Part shown: positions 8,566 to 18,485 of the stretch, one piece after another
Position numbering within the stretch: position 1 is the first letter of the stretch
How the letters are laid out: the number at the start of each line of letters is the position of its first letter
NCBI GenBank assembly: GCA_964435035.1
Contig: CAYSXR010000004.1
Location: 676 to 64,675 of the forward strand
Direction: 5' to 3'
From: an uncultured Gammaproteobacteria bacterium
GTDB lineage: Bacteria; Patescibacteriota; Patescibacteriia; Magasanikbacterales; UBA922
Length of the DNA: 64,000 bases
Position numbers and translations under genes: made by a program
The notes under the pieces: generated by a model
The model's database searches: none
Told to the model about the DNA's origin: nothing
The model's input: only the letters and a program-made list of their open reading frames with translations

Positions 8566-8955
8566 ATGTACTTGTTTATCGATCCTTCGAAACAAGACTC
8601 AATTCGATTAGTACTTTTTTTACATGACACTTCTCGTGAACATGTATTTGATGTACGAAATAGAGAACTTCTCTCAGTTATTGTTGAAATGCTTGAGCGG
8701 GAACATGTGCCACTTGCACATATTCGAGGAATTGTTGTTCTAGTGGGGGAAGGTAGGTTTTCAAGTACTCGGATTGCTAGTGTAGTTGGAAATACATTAT
8801 CGTATGCACTACATATTCCGGTTGTTGCAACCACTCGAGGTAATGAGCCGACTGGCGCGACTATTGATACCTTCTTTACTGCGTCAGGTATATTATATTA
8901 TATTACACCGACATATAGTGGTGAACCACATATTGGTGTGCGCGGACCTTCCTAG
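8566..8955 (+). CDS. TsaB/YeaZ-like protein (truncated Kae1-partner domain)
   Basis: GEGRFSSTRIASVVGNTLSYALHIPVV resembles TsaB GPGSFTGVRIGV..A.GLA..L..P. Only about 130 aa. Confidence 0.4.
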   Translation: MYLFIDPSKQDSIRLVLFLHDTSREHVFDVRNRELLSVIVEMLEREHVPLAHIRGIVVLVGEGRFSSTRIASVVGNTLSYALHIPVVATTRGNEPTGATIDTFFTASGILYYITPTYSGEPHIGVRGPS

Positions 8956-8961
8956 AAATTT

Positions 8962-10446
8962 ATGCTTTCTCCTTACCAACGTTACCGTTTATATGAAATG
9001 CTTCCAGGCATTTCTATCTGGGGTACTCTCATTCTCGCGGTTGTTTTTTCGTTTCTATATCCGCTTGCAATGATTTATTTTATCATTATTTTTGATATCT
9101 ATTGGGTGCTCAAAGTATTTAATTTTTCTTTTTATTTAATCGTATCATGGATTAGATATCGTAAAGTACAGCGGATCGACTGGAAAGACGCACTCCAACA
9201 TGATATTCCTGATGCAACACGCTTACGTCATGTAGTTTTTTTGACTGTCTTTAATGAAACGTGGGATGTGGTTGAGGGTGCGGTCGCTAGTGTGGCTGCT
9301 TCTGTGTACAATCCATCGTTGTTTACTCTGGTTATTGCAGGAGAAGAGCGTCAAGCAGAGCATTGTAAAGAACTTTTTCAAAAAATAGAAGCTCGTTTTC
9401 TTGATGTATTTGACCATATTGCTTTTACTCTTCATCCAAGCAGCCTCCCTGATGAAATTCCAGGAAAAGGTTCAAATTTGCATTATGCTGAAGGTGAAAT
9501 GAAGAAATATATTGATGCACATGGCTGGAAATATGAAGAGGTGATTATCACCGTATTTGATATTGATACCGTGTGTCATTCTAATTATTTTGCGTATTTG
9601 GCATATACCTATGCTACTCATCCAAACCCAACAAAGAGCTCATATCAGCCGATTGCACTCTATAACAATAACATGTGGGAGTCGCCATCAGTGTTGCGTA
9701 TTATGGCGTTTGGTACCACATTCTGGATGATGATGTCTCTCGCTCGTCAAGATTCGCTTGTCACCTTTTCTTCACATTCAATGAGCTTCAAAGCATTAGT
9801 TGATGCAGGATTTCATGATAAACGTATCGTAAGTGAGGATTCGCGAATTTTTTATCAATGTTTGCTTGCTTACAACGGTAAGTATGAGGTAACTCCATTG
9901 TATATTCCCGTATCAATGGATACAGTCCGGGATACTTCCTGGTGGCAGAGTATTCGAAATCTCTATCGTCAGCAGCGCCGTTGGGCATGGGGAGTAGAAC
10001 ATGTGCCATTTTTATTGTGGGAGTTTAGAAAAAAAGGAAAATTGATACCATGGTATACTAAATTTAAATGGCTTTTTATTGAATGGGAAGGTAAATGGTC
10101 ATGGTGTCTTGCAGCTCTCCTTATCACCATTCTTGGAAGATTTCCACTGTGGGTAGCTAGTCCTAGTATTAGACAGAGTGCACTGTATTTCAATGCGCCA
10201 CATCTGCTTGAAATTCTTATGACTGCTGCTATGAGTGGGCTTATTCTTTCTGCAATGCTTAGTTTACCCCTCCTTCCCCCTCGACCACAATCGCATCCAC
10301 GATATCGATATGTAATCATGGTATTGCAGTGGATTTTATTACCGGTTTCAATGCTTTTTGTTGCAGCAGCTCCAGGGATCGATGCAGTGACACATTTGAT
10401 GCGTGGTAAATATTTAGGATTTAATATTTCTCAAAAAAAACGCTAG
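8962..10446 (+). CDS. Membrane glycosyltransferase, GT2 family (processive, cellulose/chitin-synthase-like)
   Basis: Multiple TM helices, DxD-like region FDIDTV, and the Q(Q/R)xRW motif YRQQRRWAWG. Confidence 0.7.
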   Translation: MLSPYQRYRLYEMLPGISIWGTLILAVVFSFLYPLAMIYFIIIFDIYWVLKVFNFSFYLIVSWIRYRKVQRIDWKDALQHDIPDATRLRHVVFLTVFNETWDVVEGAVASVAASVYNPSLFTLVIAGEERQAEHCKELFQKIEARFLDVFDHIAFTLHPSSLPDEIPGKGSNLHYAEGEMKKYIDAHGWKYEEVIITVFDIDTVCHSNYFAYLAYTYATHPNPTKSSYQPIALYNNNMWESPSVLRIMAFGTTFWMMMSLARQDSLVTFSSHSMSFKALVDAGFHDKRIVSEDSRIFYQCLLAYNGKYEVTPLYIPVSMDTVRDTSWWQSIRNLYRQQRRWAWGVEHVPFLLWEFRKKGKLIPWYTKFKWLFIEWEGKWSWCLAALLITILGRFPLWVASPSIRQSALYFNAPHLLEILMTAAMSGLILSAMLSLPLLPPRPQSHPRYRYVIMVLQWILLPVSMLFVAAAPGIDAVTHLMRGKYLGFNISQKKR

Positions 10447-10450
10447 GTAT

Positions 10451-11935
10451 ATGTTTATACAAGCTACATCTCGAGAAAAGAAAAAAAAGAAATTACCCTA
10501 TATTCTATTAAGTATTTTTTTGTTATTAGTATTATGTAGTCTCGCAGTATATTACGTCATTCGACATGTTGGAATTGAAGGATTTCTTTCATCTTCTTTT
10601 GTGCAGCAGCAAATTAGTAAACATGTTGGTGGGGATGAGGGTGATATTTTTGAGCTTTTGCCGATCGCGCTTGGTTTCGATGAACCAAAAACATACCTAG
10701 TGTTATTTTTAAATAATACAGAGATGCGTCCGGGCGGGGGATTTATTGGTGTGTATGGTACTGTTCGTGTTACGGGGGGGCATGTTGAGGTTTTGAAAGT
10801 TGAAGGAACTGAAATATTAGATAATCAATCTTCACATGTTAATGTGCCTGTTCCTCCAAGTCCTTTGTCTCAGTATCTGAAAGTTTCAGGGTGGTATTTC
10901 AGAGACAGTAACTGGTCTCCTGATTTTGCTGAGAGCTCAAAACAGGGGTTGGCACTGTATACTCGAGAGAATGGAGTTGCGTCGGGAGACATTGATGCAG
11001 TTATTGGAGTGACTGCTACGGTGCTTGAAGAACTTATGAAAAAAACTGGACCGATTACGATTAATGGAATTACGTTTACTCCAGAAAATGTAGTAGCTGA
11101 GCTTGAGCATGAGGTTGAATATAAATTTATTGATCGAGGAATTTCTCGAGGAGATCGTAAAGATATTATTGAGCCTTTTATGCTTGCTATGATTGATAAG
11201 TTGAAAAGTGATGTATTGCGTCATCCTTTTGAATATCGTGCACTCGCTGAAAAATTATTACAAGAAAAGCATGTTGTCGCATACGCACTTGATTCAAACA
11301 TTCAAAATACGTTACATGAACATTCAGCAGATGGAAGTATTGCAGATACGACTGGCGATTATCTCATGTGGGTGGATGCCAATCTTGGTGCATTAAAAAC
11401 TGATCATGCGATTACACGTACACTTTCTTATACTATACAACCAGAAGTGTCTCCAACAGGGGATCGGTATTATGAAGCGACTGCGACGATGAAGTATATA
11501 CACTCGCAGCCTTTTGACTGGAGAACGTCGCGATACCGTACGTACGCACGAGTGTTTGTGCCTGAAGGCTCTGAACTGATTTCTTTTCGTGTAAGTAAAG
11601 GGCAACAGGTCCCCCCATATCTAGCTCAGAGTGGAGAAGAGCTTGGAAAAAAATGGTTTGGAACTTTTGTTACTATAGAACCGCTTGGAGTTGAAACACT
11701 CACCTTCACCTATCGTTTGCCCAACTCCATCGCTCAGCAGATTGATCAAAAAATGTATACGTTACATGTACAAAAACAAATCGGCCTTGTGGGCGCTTCA
11801 TTGACGCTCGACCTTGATTTTGATACAACTATCCAAGCAGCAGAACCTCCTGAAATGCAATCTGAGTGGGGGGATGGTGTGTATCGGTTCGAAACCCGGT
11901 TTGATCGAGATTGGGAGTTTGAAGTACGGATGTAG
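10451..11935 (+). CDS. Membrane-anchored DUF4012-like protein, commonly adjacent to glycosyltransferases
   Basis: N-terminal TM; LVLFLNNTEMRPGGGFIGVYG motif. Confidence 0.45.
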   Translation: MFIQATSREKKKKKLPYILLSIFLLLVLCSLAVYYVIRHVGIEGFLSSSFVQQQISKHVGGDEGDIFELLPIALGFDEPKTYLVLFLNNTEMRPGGGFIGVYGTVRVTGGHVEVLKVEGTEILDNQSSHVNVPVPPSPLSQYLKVSGWYFRDSNWSPDFAESSKQGLALYTRENGVASGDIDAVIGVTATVLEELMKKTGPITINGITFTPENVVAELEHEVEYKFIDRGISRGDRKDIIEPFMLAMIDKLKSDVLRHPFEYRALAEKLLQEKHVVAYALDSNIQNTLHEHSADGSIADTTGDYLMWVDANLGALKTDHAITRTLSYTIQPEVSPTGDRYYEATATMKYIHSQPFDWRTSRYRTYARVFVPEGSELISFRVSKGQQVPPYLAQSGEELGKKWFGTFVTIEPLGVETLTFTYRLPNSIAQQIDQKMYTLHVQKQIGLVGASLTLDLDFDTTIQAAEPPEMQSEWGDGVYRFETRFDRDWEFEVRM

Positions 11936-11997
11936 TTATAATTTTAAAAGAGATAAGATTTATTGTTTTCTAGTAAAAGAGTAAAAAGTTGGTTTTT

Positions 11998-12030
11998 ACC
12001 AGATAACTAGCAAACCAGTAAACTAGATAA
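11998..12030 (-). repeat. Family E 8-bp periodic CTRGTT repeat, copy E1 in reverse orientation
   Basis: Reverse complement reads ATCTAGTT-TACTGGTT-TGCTAGTT-ATCTGGT. Lies immediately upstream of mreB. Confidence 0.5.
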
Positions 12031-12039
12031 CGAGCTATT

Positions 12040-13041
12040 ATGCGTAAAGTAGGAATCGATCTTGGTACCACAAATATTCTAGTGTATATTCCCAAACGAG
12101 GGATCGTGGTAAACGAGCCCTCTGTTGTTGCTATTTCAAAAGAAGATCGAAGAGTACTGGCAGTAGGTGCAGAAGCAAAAGAAATGATTGGACGCACTCC
12201 TGATACTATTATTGCTGAACGTCCGCTGAAAGATGGGGTTATTGCGAGTTATAAAACTACAGAAGCGATGCTTCGATATTTTATTAATAAGGCGTTGGGA
12301 GGAATTCGTTTGTTTCGTCCCGAAGTGATGGTGGCAGTACCTGCGGGGATTACATCAACCGAGAGAAGAGCGGTAATTGATGCGGCTATGGCAGCTGGCG
12401 CAAAAGCAGCCTATATTATTAAAGAACCTATTGTTGCTGCAATCGGTGCTGATATTCCTATTGGTTCTCCATCGGGTCACATGATTATTGATATTGGTGG
12501 AGGAACTGCTGAAATTGCGGTTATTTCATTGGGAGGAATTGTATCAGTCGGATCGGTGCGCATTGGTGGAAATAGGTTTGATTTGTCAATTGCTGAATTT
12601 ATACGCAGAAAATATGGATTAGCTATTGGAGAGCAGAGTGCTGAAGAAGTGAAAATCCAGATTGGAAGTGCTATGTTTATGGATACTCCTCTTACTATGG
12701 ATGTAAAGGGAAGAGACATGGTTACTGGTCTCCCACGCACGGTCACGGTCACGTCTGATGATACTACTGAAGCATTACAGCATGATTTAGAAGGGCTTAT
12801 TGAGGCAGTCAAAGAAGTATTGAATCGTACTCCTCCTGAACTTTCTGCTGATGTGATGAATAAAGGTATTATTATGTCTGGAGGGTCAAGTTTACTCCGA
12901 AATCTTGATGAGCTTATTGCTCAGGCAATTGGTGTTGCAGCATATGTGGCTGAAGAGCCATTGCTTTGTGTTGCAAAAGGTACAGGTATTGCGCTTGAAA
13001 ATCTTGATAATTACAAACGATCAATTGTTTCGACGAGGTAA
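12040..13041 (+). CDS. mreB: Rod shape-determining protein MreB
   Basis: GIDLGTTN..., DIGGGTAEIAV, actin-fold ATPase motifs. Confidence 0.9.
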   Translation: MRKVGIDLGTTNILVYIPKRGIVVNEPSVVAISKEDRRVLAVGAEAKEMIGRTPDTIIAERPLKDGVIASYKTTEAMLRYFINKALGGIRLFRPEVMVAVPAGITSTERRAVIDAAMAAGAKAAYIIKEPIVAAIGADIPIGSPSGHMIIDIGGGTAEIAVISLGGIVSVGSVRIGGNRFDLSIAEFIRRKYGLAIGEQSAEEVKIQIGSAMFMDTPLTMDVKGRDMVTGLPRTVTVTSDDTTEALQHDLEGLIEAVKEVLNRTPPELSADVMNKGIIMSGGSSLLRNLDELIAQAIGVAAYVAEEPLLCVAKGTGIALENLDNYKRSIVSTR

Positions 13042-13050
13042 TTAACAACT

Positions 13051-13116
13051 AACAGTGAGCAATTAACAAGAATTTAAATTTGTTAATTGTTAGTTGCTCA
13101 CTGTTAATTTTATTTT
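13051..13116 (+). terminator. Long imperfect hairpin plus T-tract after mreB
   Basis: AACAGTGAGCAA/TTGCTCACTGTT outer stem with inner TTAACAA/TTGTTAA, followed by AATTTTATTTT. Confidence 0.55.
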
Positions 13117-14286
13117 ATGATACTCGGTATTGACGCATCTCTAGTAACTCGGGAACAACGTACGGGAGTGGAGTCATATGCGTTTCAGATTATTACGCAT
13201 TTGAGTAGAGTAATTCCTCCTGAAGTTGAAGTGCGGCTCTATAGTGATCATGCGCTCCCTACACATTTTGTACAACATATTCCTGCACATTGGAAACAAG
13301 TACTTCTTGCTTGGCCACCTCGATTTTTGTGGACACAGGTTCGACTTAGTTTTGAAATGTTGCAACATCCTCCAGATATTTTATTTACTCCTGGACATGT
13401 AGAACCAGTGATTCAGCCAAGAGCTACTATTATGATGGTACATGATGTGGCTGCGTGGAGGGTTCCTCGCGCGTATTCAAAATTTAATCGGTGGTACACA
13501 CTTTTTTTAACGATGAAGGCAATACAGAAGAATCCGGTAATACTCACTCCTAGTTTTTTTACCAAACAGGAATTGGAAAAGTTGGTGTTTGAGCGAAAAA
13601 AAACTAAAAAAGCTGAAATTTTTGTGATACCTCATGGGCATGTTTCTCGAACATTACCTATTCCTACTACTCCCACCAAATTGTTTACTCGTTACGGAAT
13701 TGATCAGAATACCCGATACCTACTCTGTGTTGGTCGAGTTGAATATAAAAAGAATATTGATACGGTACTTTCTGCTTTTGAGAAATTAAAGTCAGAAAAT
13801 CCTGAGCATACTACTCTCAAGCTGGTTCTCGCTGGAAAACCCGGCGTTGGATACGAGGATATACAAAACATGATTATTCATAGTCGGTATCGTACAGATA
13901 TTATTGAAACGGACTGGCTTCATGAAGATGAATTAACGTCGTTGCTTGCTCATGCGCGTATGTTGGTTTTTGTAAGTCGATATGAAGGGTTTGGTTTTCC
14001 AATTTTAGAGGCACTTGATCTAGGTGTGCCTGTTGTTGCTTCTAAAGGTGTGGGATTAGAAGAGGTTGGTGGGGTGTGTGTTACCTATGTATCTTCTACT
14101 AATCCAGATCACATTGCAGAAGCAATACAAAAAAACCTTTCATTTTCTTCAACTACTCGTCTTGATTTTCGAGCCCAGGCACGTCTACAGGTATTGCCAT
14201 TTTCTTGGTCTCGTTCGGCTAGTGCAACATATGAGGCTATAGTGAAGGCATATGAAATTGCGGAGGCGAATAAGCGTGTGGTATGA
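13117..14286 (+). CDS. Glycosyltransferase family 4 (RfaG-like)
   Basis: EGFGFPILEA E-x7-E motif; GT4 fold layout. Confidence 0.8.
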   Translation: MILGIDASLVTREQRTGVESYAFQIITHLSRVIPPEVEVRLYSDHALPTHFVQHIPAHWKQVLLAWPPRFLWTQVRLSFEMLQHPPDILFTPGHVEPVIQPRATIMMVHDVAAWRVPRAYSKFNRWYTLFLTMKAIQKNPVILTPSFFTKQELEKLVFERKKTKKAEIFVIPHGHVSRTLPIPTTPTKLFTRYGIDQNTRYLLCVGRVEYKKNIDTVLSAFEKLKSENPEHTTLKLVLAGKPGVGYEDIQNMIIHSRYRTDIIETDWLHEDELTSLLAHARMLVFVSRYEGFGFPILEALDLGVPVVASKGVGLEEVGGVCVTYVSSTNPDHIAEAIQKNLSFSSTTRLDFRAQARLQVLPFSWSRSASATYEAIVKAYEIAEANKRVV

Positions 14287-14301
14287 TTCTCCCTAAGCAC
14301 T

Positions 14302-15216
14302 ATGACATATATTGGTCATGAAAAAATAATTTCTTTTTTTGATGCTTGTGTTTCAGAACACAGACTTAGTCATGCGTATGTTTTTTCTGGTCCACGACAT
14401 GTAGGTAAACGGACAATTGCTAATCATATTGCACGAACTATTCTTGGTATTCCTCAGAACCAGGCATTAGTACATCCTGATTTGATTGTAGTTCAGCGGG
14501 AACTTGACGAAAAAACAGAAACTTTGAAAAAAGATATTAGCGTTATGCAGATTCGGGATTTAATCCATCGATTGAGTCAGAGTGCTTTTGCAAAAGATGG
14601 GTACACTGTTGCAATTGTTGATGGAGCTGAACATATGAATGTTGCAGGAGCGAATGCGCTTTTGAAAACACTTGAAGAACCGCGGGCACGTACTATAGTT
14701 TTTCTTATTACTCAGGATGAATATATATTATTACCCACCATACGATCTCGGACACAATCAATATATTTTTCTCCCGTTGGTGTAGAAAAAATTAAAACTC
14801 ATCTTGAGTCTGTAGGTATTGAGTCTAACCGTGCAGAGGAATACGCACGTGAATCCCATGGATTACCGGGATATGCATGTAATTGGGTAGGGGATACAAC
14901 TCTCTTTGAAGATCATATTTCTTTCAAACAGCGTTGTGTATCACTTATGCATATTCCTTTTTATGAGAAGATCCAAAAAATTGAAGAATTTTTTGAAGAT
15001 AAAGATGATCATATTGAAGCTAGGGCGCGGATAATTGACATGCTTGGGGTTTGGACTTTCACACTTCGTGATATAATGATACTGCGTTCGTCTAATTTTG
15101 AGACTCGATATACTGTTTCTCAGGTATTAGATTCGATACGTCAAGCAGAAAAACAATTAAAACAGAATATTCACCCTAGATTAATTCTCGAGCATATTAT
15201 GCTCACGCTACCTTAA
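14302..15216 (+). CDS. holB: DNA polymerase III delta-prime subunit
   Basis: AYVFSGPRHVGKRTIANHIA P-loop-like, LKTLEEP, RSR sensor motif LLPTIRSRTQ. Confidence 0.75.
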   Translation: MTYIGHEKIISFFDACVSEHRLSHAYVFSGPRHVGKRTIANHIARTILGIPQNQALVHPDLIVVQRELDEKTETLKKDISVMQIRDLIHRLSQSAFAKDGYTVAIVDGAEHMNVAGANALLKTLEEPRARTIVFLITQDEYILLPTIRSRTQSIYFSPVGVEKIKTHLESVGIESNRAEEYARESHGLPGYACNWVGDTTLFEDHISFKQRCVSLMHIPFYEKIQKIEEFFEDKDDHIEARARIIDMLGVWTFTLRDIMILRSSNFETRYTVSQVLDSIRQAEKQLKQNIHPRLILEHIMLTLP

Positions 15217-15229
15217 TTATTTAGCCCGT

Positions 15230-16315
15230 ATGAAACGATCGCTTTCATCCATTTTTCTTTTATTCATCGTTATTATCTTAAGCGGACAAGCTTGTGTTGT
15301 TTTTGGGAGTAAGAAAAATACCGCACTAGGTCCTGCAGGAGTGTGGGTTACTACAAAGAATGGTGAATCATGGACACAAATTGTGTCAGTTCCTACAGCT
15401 GAAGGGGTAGTACAGGTTCCACAGGCCGAGGTATATAAGCTTATTGATGACCCCCAAGATGCTCATGCACTTTATTGGGCATCACGAGAAGATGGAATTT
15501 TTTATAGTTATGATGATGGTAGAACGTGGGCTCGTGCCGAAGCTCCGCTAAATACTGGATTTATATATAGTATCGCTGTACACCCTAAAGAAAAATGTAC
15601 TATTTATGCTTCGAATGGAAGGCAGGTTTTCAAAACACTCGACTGTATGCGTTCGTGGACTGAAGTATACCGAGAAAATCGTGCTGAATTTGTCGTAACT
15701 TCAGTTTCGATTAATCCGTTTAATCCTTTTGAAGTTTTTGCAGCAACAAGCGCGGGTGATTTGTATGAGAGTGCTGATGGAGGAAATTCATGGCAAGTGA
15801 ATACTCGACTTAATAGAACGGACATTCGTGAAGTGGTGTTTGACCGGAACAAGGAAGGAATTATGTATCTAGCAACCAGAGAAAATGGGTTGTATCGTAC
15901 GCGTGATGGGGGAACTACCTGGGAAAATCTCGCGCCTAATTTTAGGGAATATGCGGGTTCTTTACAGTTCCGTAGATTTATGGTATATCCTTCTAAAGCT
16001 GAGACTATTTTCTGGGTTTCAAAATATGGAATTCTAACGTCACGTAATTCTGGAGAAGAGTGGGAACCAATATCTTTGGTCACACCTCCAGGAAGCGTTG
16101 ATATCTATGGATTTTCGGTTAATCCAAATAATGACAAAGAAATGTATTACACAGGGAGTATTGGAGATCGCTCTACGTTTTACCGGAGTGTTGATGGTGG
16201 GGTGACCTGGGAAACACGTAAATTGCCTACAAAACAGACTCCCACGGCACTTCGTGTGCATCCTGAGCAAGATGGGTGGGTGTATCTCGGGTTTACGACG
16301 ATAATTAAAAAATAA
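15230..16315 (+). CDS. Secreted BNR/Asp-box repeat protein (sialidase-like beta-propeller)
   Basis: Signal peptide; five S-x-D-x-G-x-T-W Asp-box motifs (SYDDGRTW, SADGGNSW, TRDGGTTW, SRNSGEEW, SVDGGVTW). Confidence 0.7.
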   Translation: MKRSLSSIFLLFIVIILSGQACVVFGSKKNTALGPAGVWVTTKNGESWTQIVSVPTAEGVVQVPQAEVYKLIDDPQDAHALYWASREDGIFYSYDDGRTWARAEAPLNTGFIYSIAVHPKEKCTIYASNGRQVFKTLDCMRSWTEVYRENRAEFVVTSVSINPFNPFEVFAATSAGDLYESADGGNSWQVNTRLNRTDIREVVFDRNKEGIMYLATRENGLYRTRDGGTTWENLAPNFREYAGSLQFRRFMVYPSKAETIFWVSKYGILTSRNSGEEWEPISLVTPPGSVDIYGFSVNPNNDKEMYYTGSIGDRSTFYRSVDGGVTWETRKLPTKQTPTALRVHPEQDGWVYLGFTTIIKK

Positions 16316-16412
16316 ACATTGATTACGCAGATTGAATATGGATTTAGACTGAAAATTCAGGATTTTCCATGTTAATCAGTTTAAATCAATAATAATCAGT
16401 TTAAATCAATGT
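16316..16412 (+). repeat. Family B structured leader element, copy B1
   Basis: ACATTGATT...AATCAATGT termini (9-bp inverted). Internal GGATTTAGACTGA pairs with TCAGTTTAAATC through a G-U-compatible mismatch. Ends 3 nt before the frr ATG. Confidence 0.65.
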
Positions 16413-16415
16413 TAT

Positions 16416-16961
16416 ATGACTTCAGAATATAAAGAACAAATACATAAATCACTTGAGCATTTGAAACAGGATATTTCGAGTCTTCGTACTGGTCGTGCAA
16501 CACCGGCGATTGTGGAAGATATTATGATTGAGGCCTATGGTATGAAGCAACCAGTCAAAGCACTGGCATCAATTTCTGTGTTGGACGCAAAAACATTAGC
16601 GATTGAGCCATGGGATAAGAGCATTATTCAGGCTCTTGATACCGGGCTTCGTATGTCTGACCTCGGCATAAACCCGGTCAATGATGGAAAAATGATTCGA
16701 TTACCACTTCCAGAACTTAGTCAGGATCGCAGACAAGAGCTTATCAAAGTTCTAAATACCAAATTAGAAAGTGCTCGAATTGTCCTTCGAAAATTGCGTG
16801 AAGAAGCTCGTGAAAATGTGGATATTCAGGAAGAACATGGTTCTATTAGTGAAGATCAGAAGTATAAATTGCATGATGAAATTGAAAAACTTGCAAAAGA
16901 GGCAAACGAAAAGGTGAAAGAGATTGGAGAGGAAAAAGAAGTAGAAATTTTGAAAGTATAG
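16416..16961 (+). CDS. frr: Ribosome recycling factor
   Basis: LRTGRATPAIVEDIMIEAYG...LAIEPWDKS... family signature. Confidence 0.9.
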   Translation: MTSEYKEQIHKSLEHLKQDISSLRTGRATPAIVEDIMIEAYGMKQPVKALASISVLDAKTLAIEPWDKSIIQALDTGLRMSDLGINPVNDGKMIRLPLPELSQDRRQELIKVLNTKLESARIVLRKLREEARENVDIQEEHGSISEDQKYKLHDEIEKLAKEANEKVKEIGEEKEVEILKV

Positions 16962-16973
16962 ATAACGTGTAAT

Positions 16974-17003
16974 AAAAAATTGGTTCGCAAGCCAATTTTT
17001 TTA
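16974..17003 (+). terminator. Rho-independent terminator after frr
   Basis: AAAAAATTGG-ttcgcaag-CCAATTTTTTT. Confidence 0.8.
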
Positions 17004-17064
17004 TTATACACTTGAGCAAAAGATTTATTGTGCAATGTATATGTGTTATATGCACTTTTTTTAT

Positions 17065-17093
17065 TTGGAGCTTTTCTTCAAAAATGTTATACT
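17065..17093 (+). promoter_or_regulatory. Promoter of the ABC operon
   Basis: TTGGAG, 17 nt, then extended -10 TGtTATACT. Confidence 0.5.
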
Positions 17094-17119
17094 TTGCAAT
17101 ATATTTTTAGACACATACA

Positions 17120-18484
17120 ATGTCACTTATTGATATAAAAAATTTATCCGTTGGATATTTTCTTGGCAAAAGTAATGAAGTCAAGGCGCTTAGTGATGTG
17201 AGTTTGAAAATCGAGCGCGGTGAATTTATTATTTTTTTTGGTGCTTCTGGTTGCGGAAAATCAACATTGCTTTATACGATAGCAGGACTGGAACGACCTA
17301 CGGGTGGTGAAGTGCTGGTTACTGGTGTGAATTTGGCGGATATGAAAAATAAAGAACTTGAGTATTACCGTCAGCACACCATTGGCATGGTATTTCAAGC
17401 ATTTCATCTTATTCCCTCACTTTCTATTGTCAAAAATATCATGTTACCCCAAATTGCGATTGGGGGTGATCCAAAAAAACGACGAGAAGAAGCTGAAAGA
17501 TTGATGAAGTATTTCGGTGTGTATGAACAGCGCAATAAAGTGCCTAATGAATTATCTGGTGGACAACAGCAGCGTGTGGCGATTTGTCGTTCATTGATTA
17601 ATGATCCAGAAATTATTTTTGCGGATGAACCGGTAGGTAATCTGGACTCAAAGTCTGCTCACGATGTGTTGGGTTTGATACAAGAATTAAACATAAAAGA
17701 TAAAAAAACGGTTATTTTGGTTACACATGATCCATCACATTTGGATATTGCTGATCGGGTTTTTTTTATGAAGGATGGAAAAGTTATTGATACTAAAGTA
17801 AACAAAGAGACTAGAAAAATTACGGTTGAAAAATCTGGTGAACCAGCGAAAAAGACTAATCTGGAACTTGTATCAAAAACACTTGCCACCTCAGAACACA
17901 TGGGAATTGGTGGATTGTTTCTTGAATATAAGGTCAAGGAGATTGTTTCTGATGCGCTTACAGGGCTTACGATTGAAGAGGTAACAGGTATTGAGCATCG
18001 AGTATCAGAAATTTTAAAGAATAAATTAAGTGATTATCGTGATTTGGAAGATTACCTTGATCGTGAATATACGTTTGGTGGACTTGATTTGAATAAACGC
18101 ACTGCACATCGGTTGACTGATAATATACGTAGTGTGGTTGAGGAAATGAAAACACTAGTTGAAGCTTCTGCGTCTAGTAAGAAAGGTTTGAGCTATGTTG
18201 AAAAACTTCGTTTTAATTTACTTGATACTTTTGATGTCCATGTCTCTAGTACAGATATTGTCGAACGTATTGAAAGCATCATTCGTGAACGAGTAGAGGG
18301 TCGCACTGACCGTAAAGGCGTACAGGCATTATTTGATACATCAGTGGTGGATGGTGGTGCGGGGCTTGATCGCAGAGATGCAAAACGAATGTCAAAACAT
18401 CTCGAGTTATTATTGTTGACACGATATGATGGTCAAGTAAAAAACGAAAAAGAAGATCATTCAAAATCAGAAAAGTCTAGTTAG
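17120..18484 (+). CDS. ABC transporter ATP-binding protein (MacB/LolD/FtsE-like) with a roughly 220-aa C-terminal extension of unknown function
   Basis: Walker [11 protein letters not shown]-loop, signature LSGGQQQRV, Walker B IIFADEP, H-loop VTHD. Long C-terminal tail. Confidence 0.85.
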   Translation: MSLIDIKNLSVGYFLGKSNEVKALSDVSLKIERGEFIIFFGASGCGKSTLLYTIAGLERPTGGEVLVTGVNLADMKNKELEYYRQHTIGMVFQAFHLIPSLSIVKNIMLPQIAIGGDPKKRREEAERLMKYFGVYEQRNKVPNELSGGQQQRVAICRSLINDPEIIFADEPVGNLDSKSAHDVLGLIQELNIKDKKTVILVTHDPSHLDIADRVFFMKDGKVIDTKVNKETRKITVEKSGEPAKKTNLELVSKTLATSEHMGIGGLFLEYKVKEIVSDALTGLTIEEVTGIEHRVSEILKNKLSDYRDLEDYLDREYTFGGLDLNKRTAHRLTDNIRSVVEEMKTLVEASASSKKGLSYVEKLRFNLLDTFDVHVSSTDIVERIESIIRERVEGRTDRKGVQALFDTSVVDGGAGLDRRDAKRMSKHLELLLLTRYDGQVKNEKEDHSKSEKSS

Positions 18485-18485
18485 T

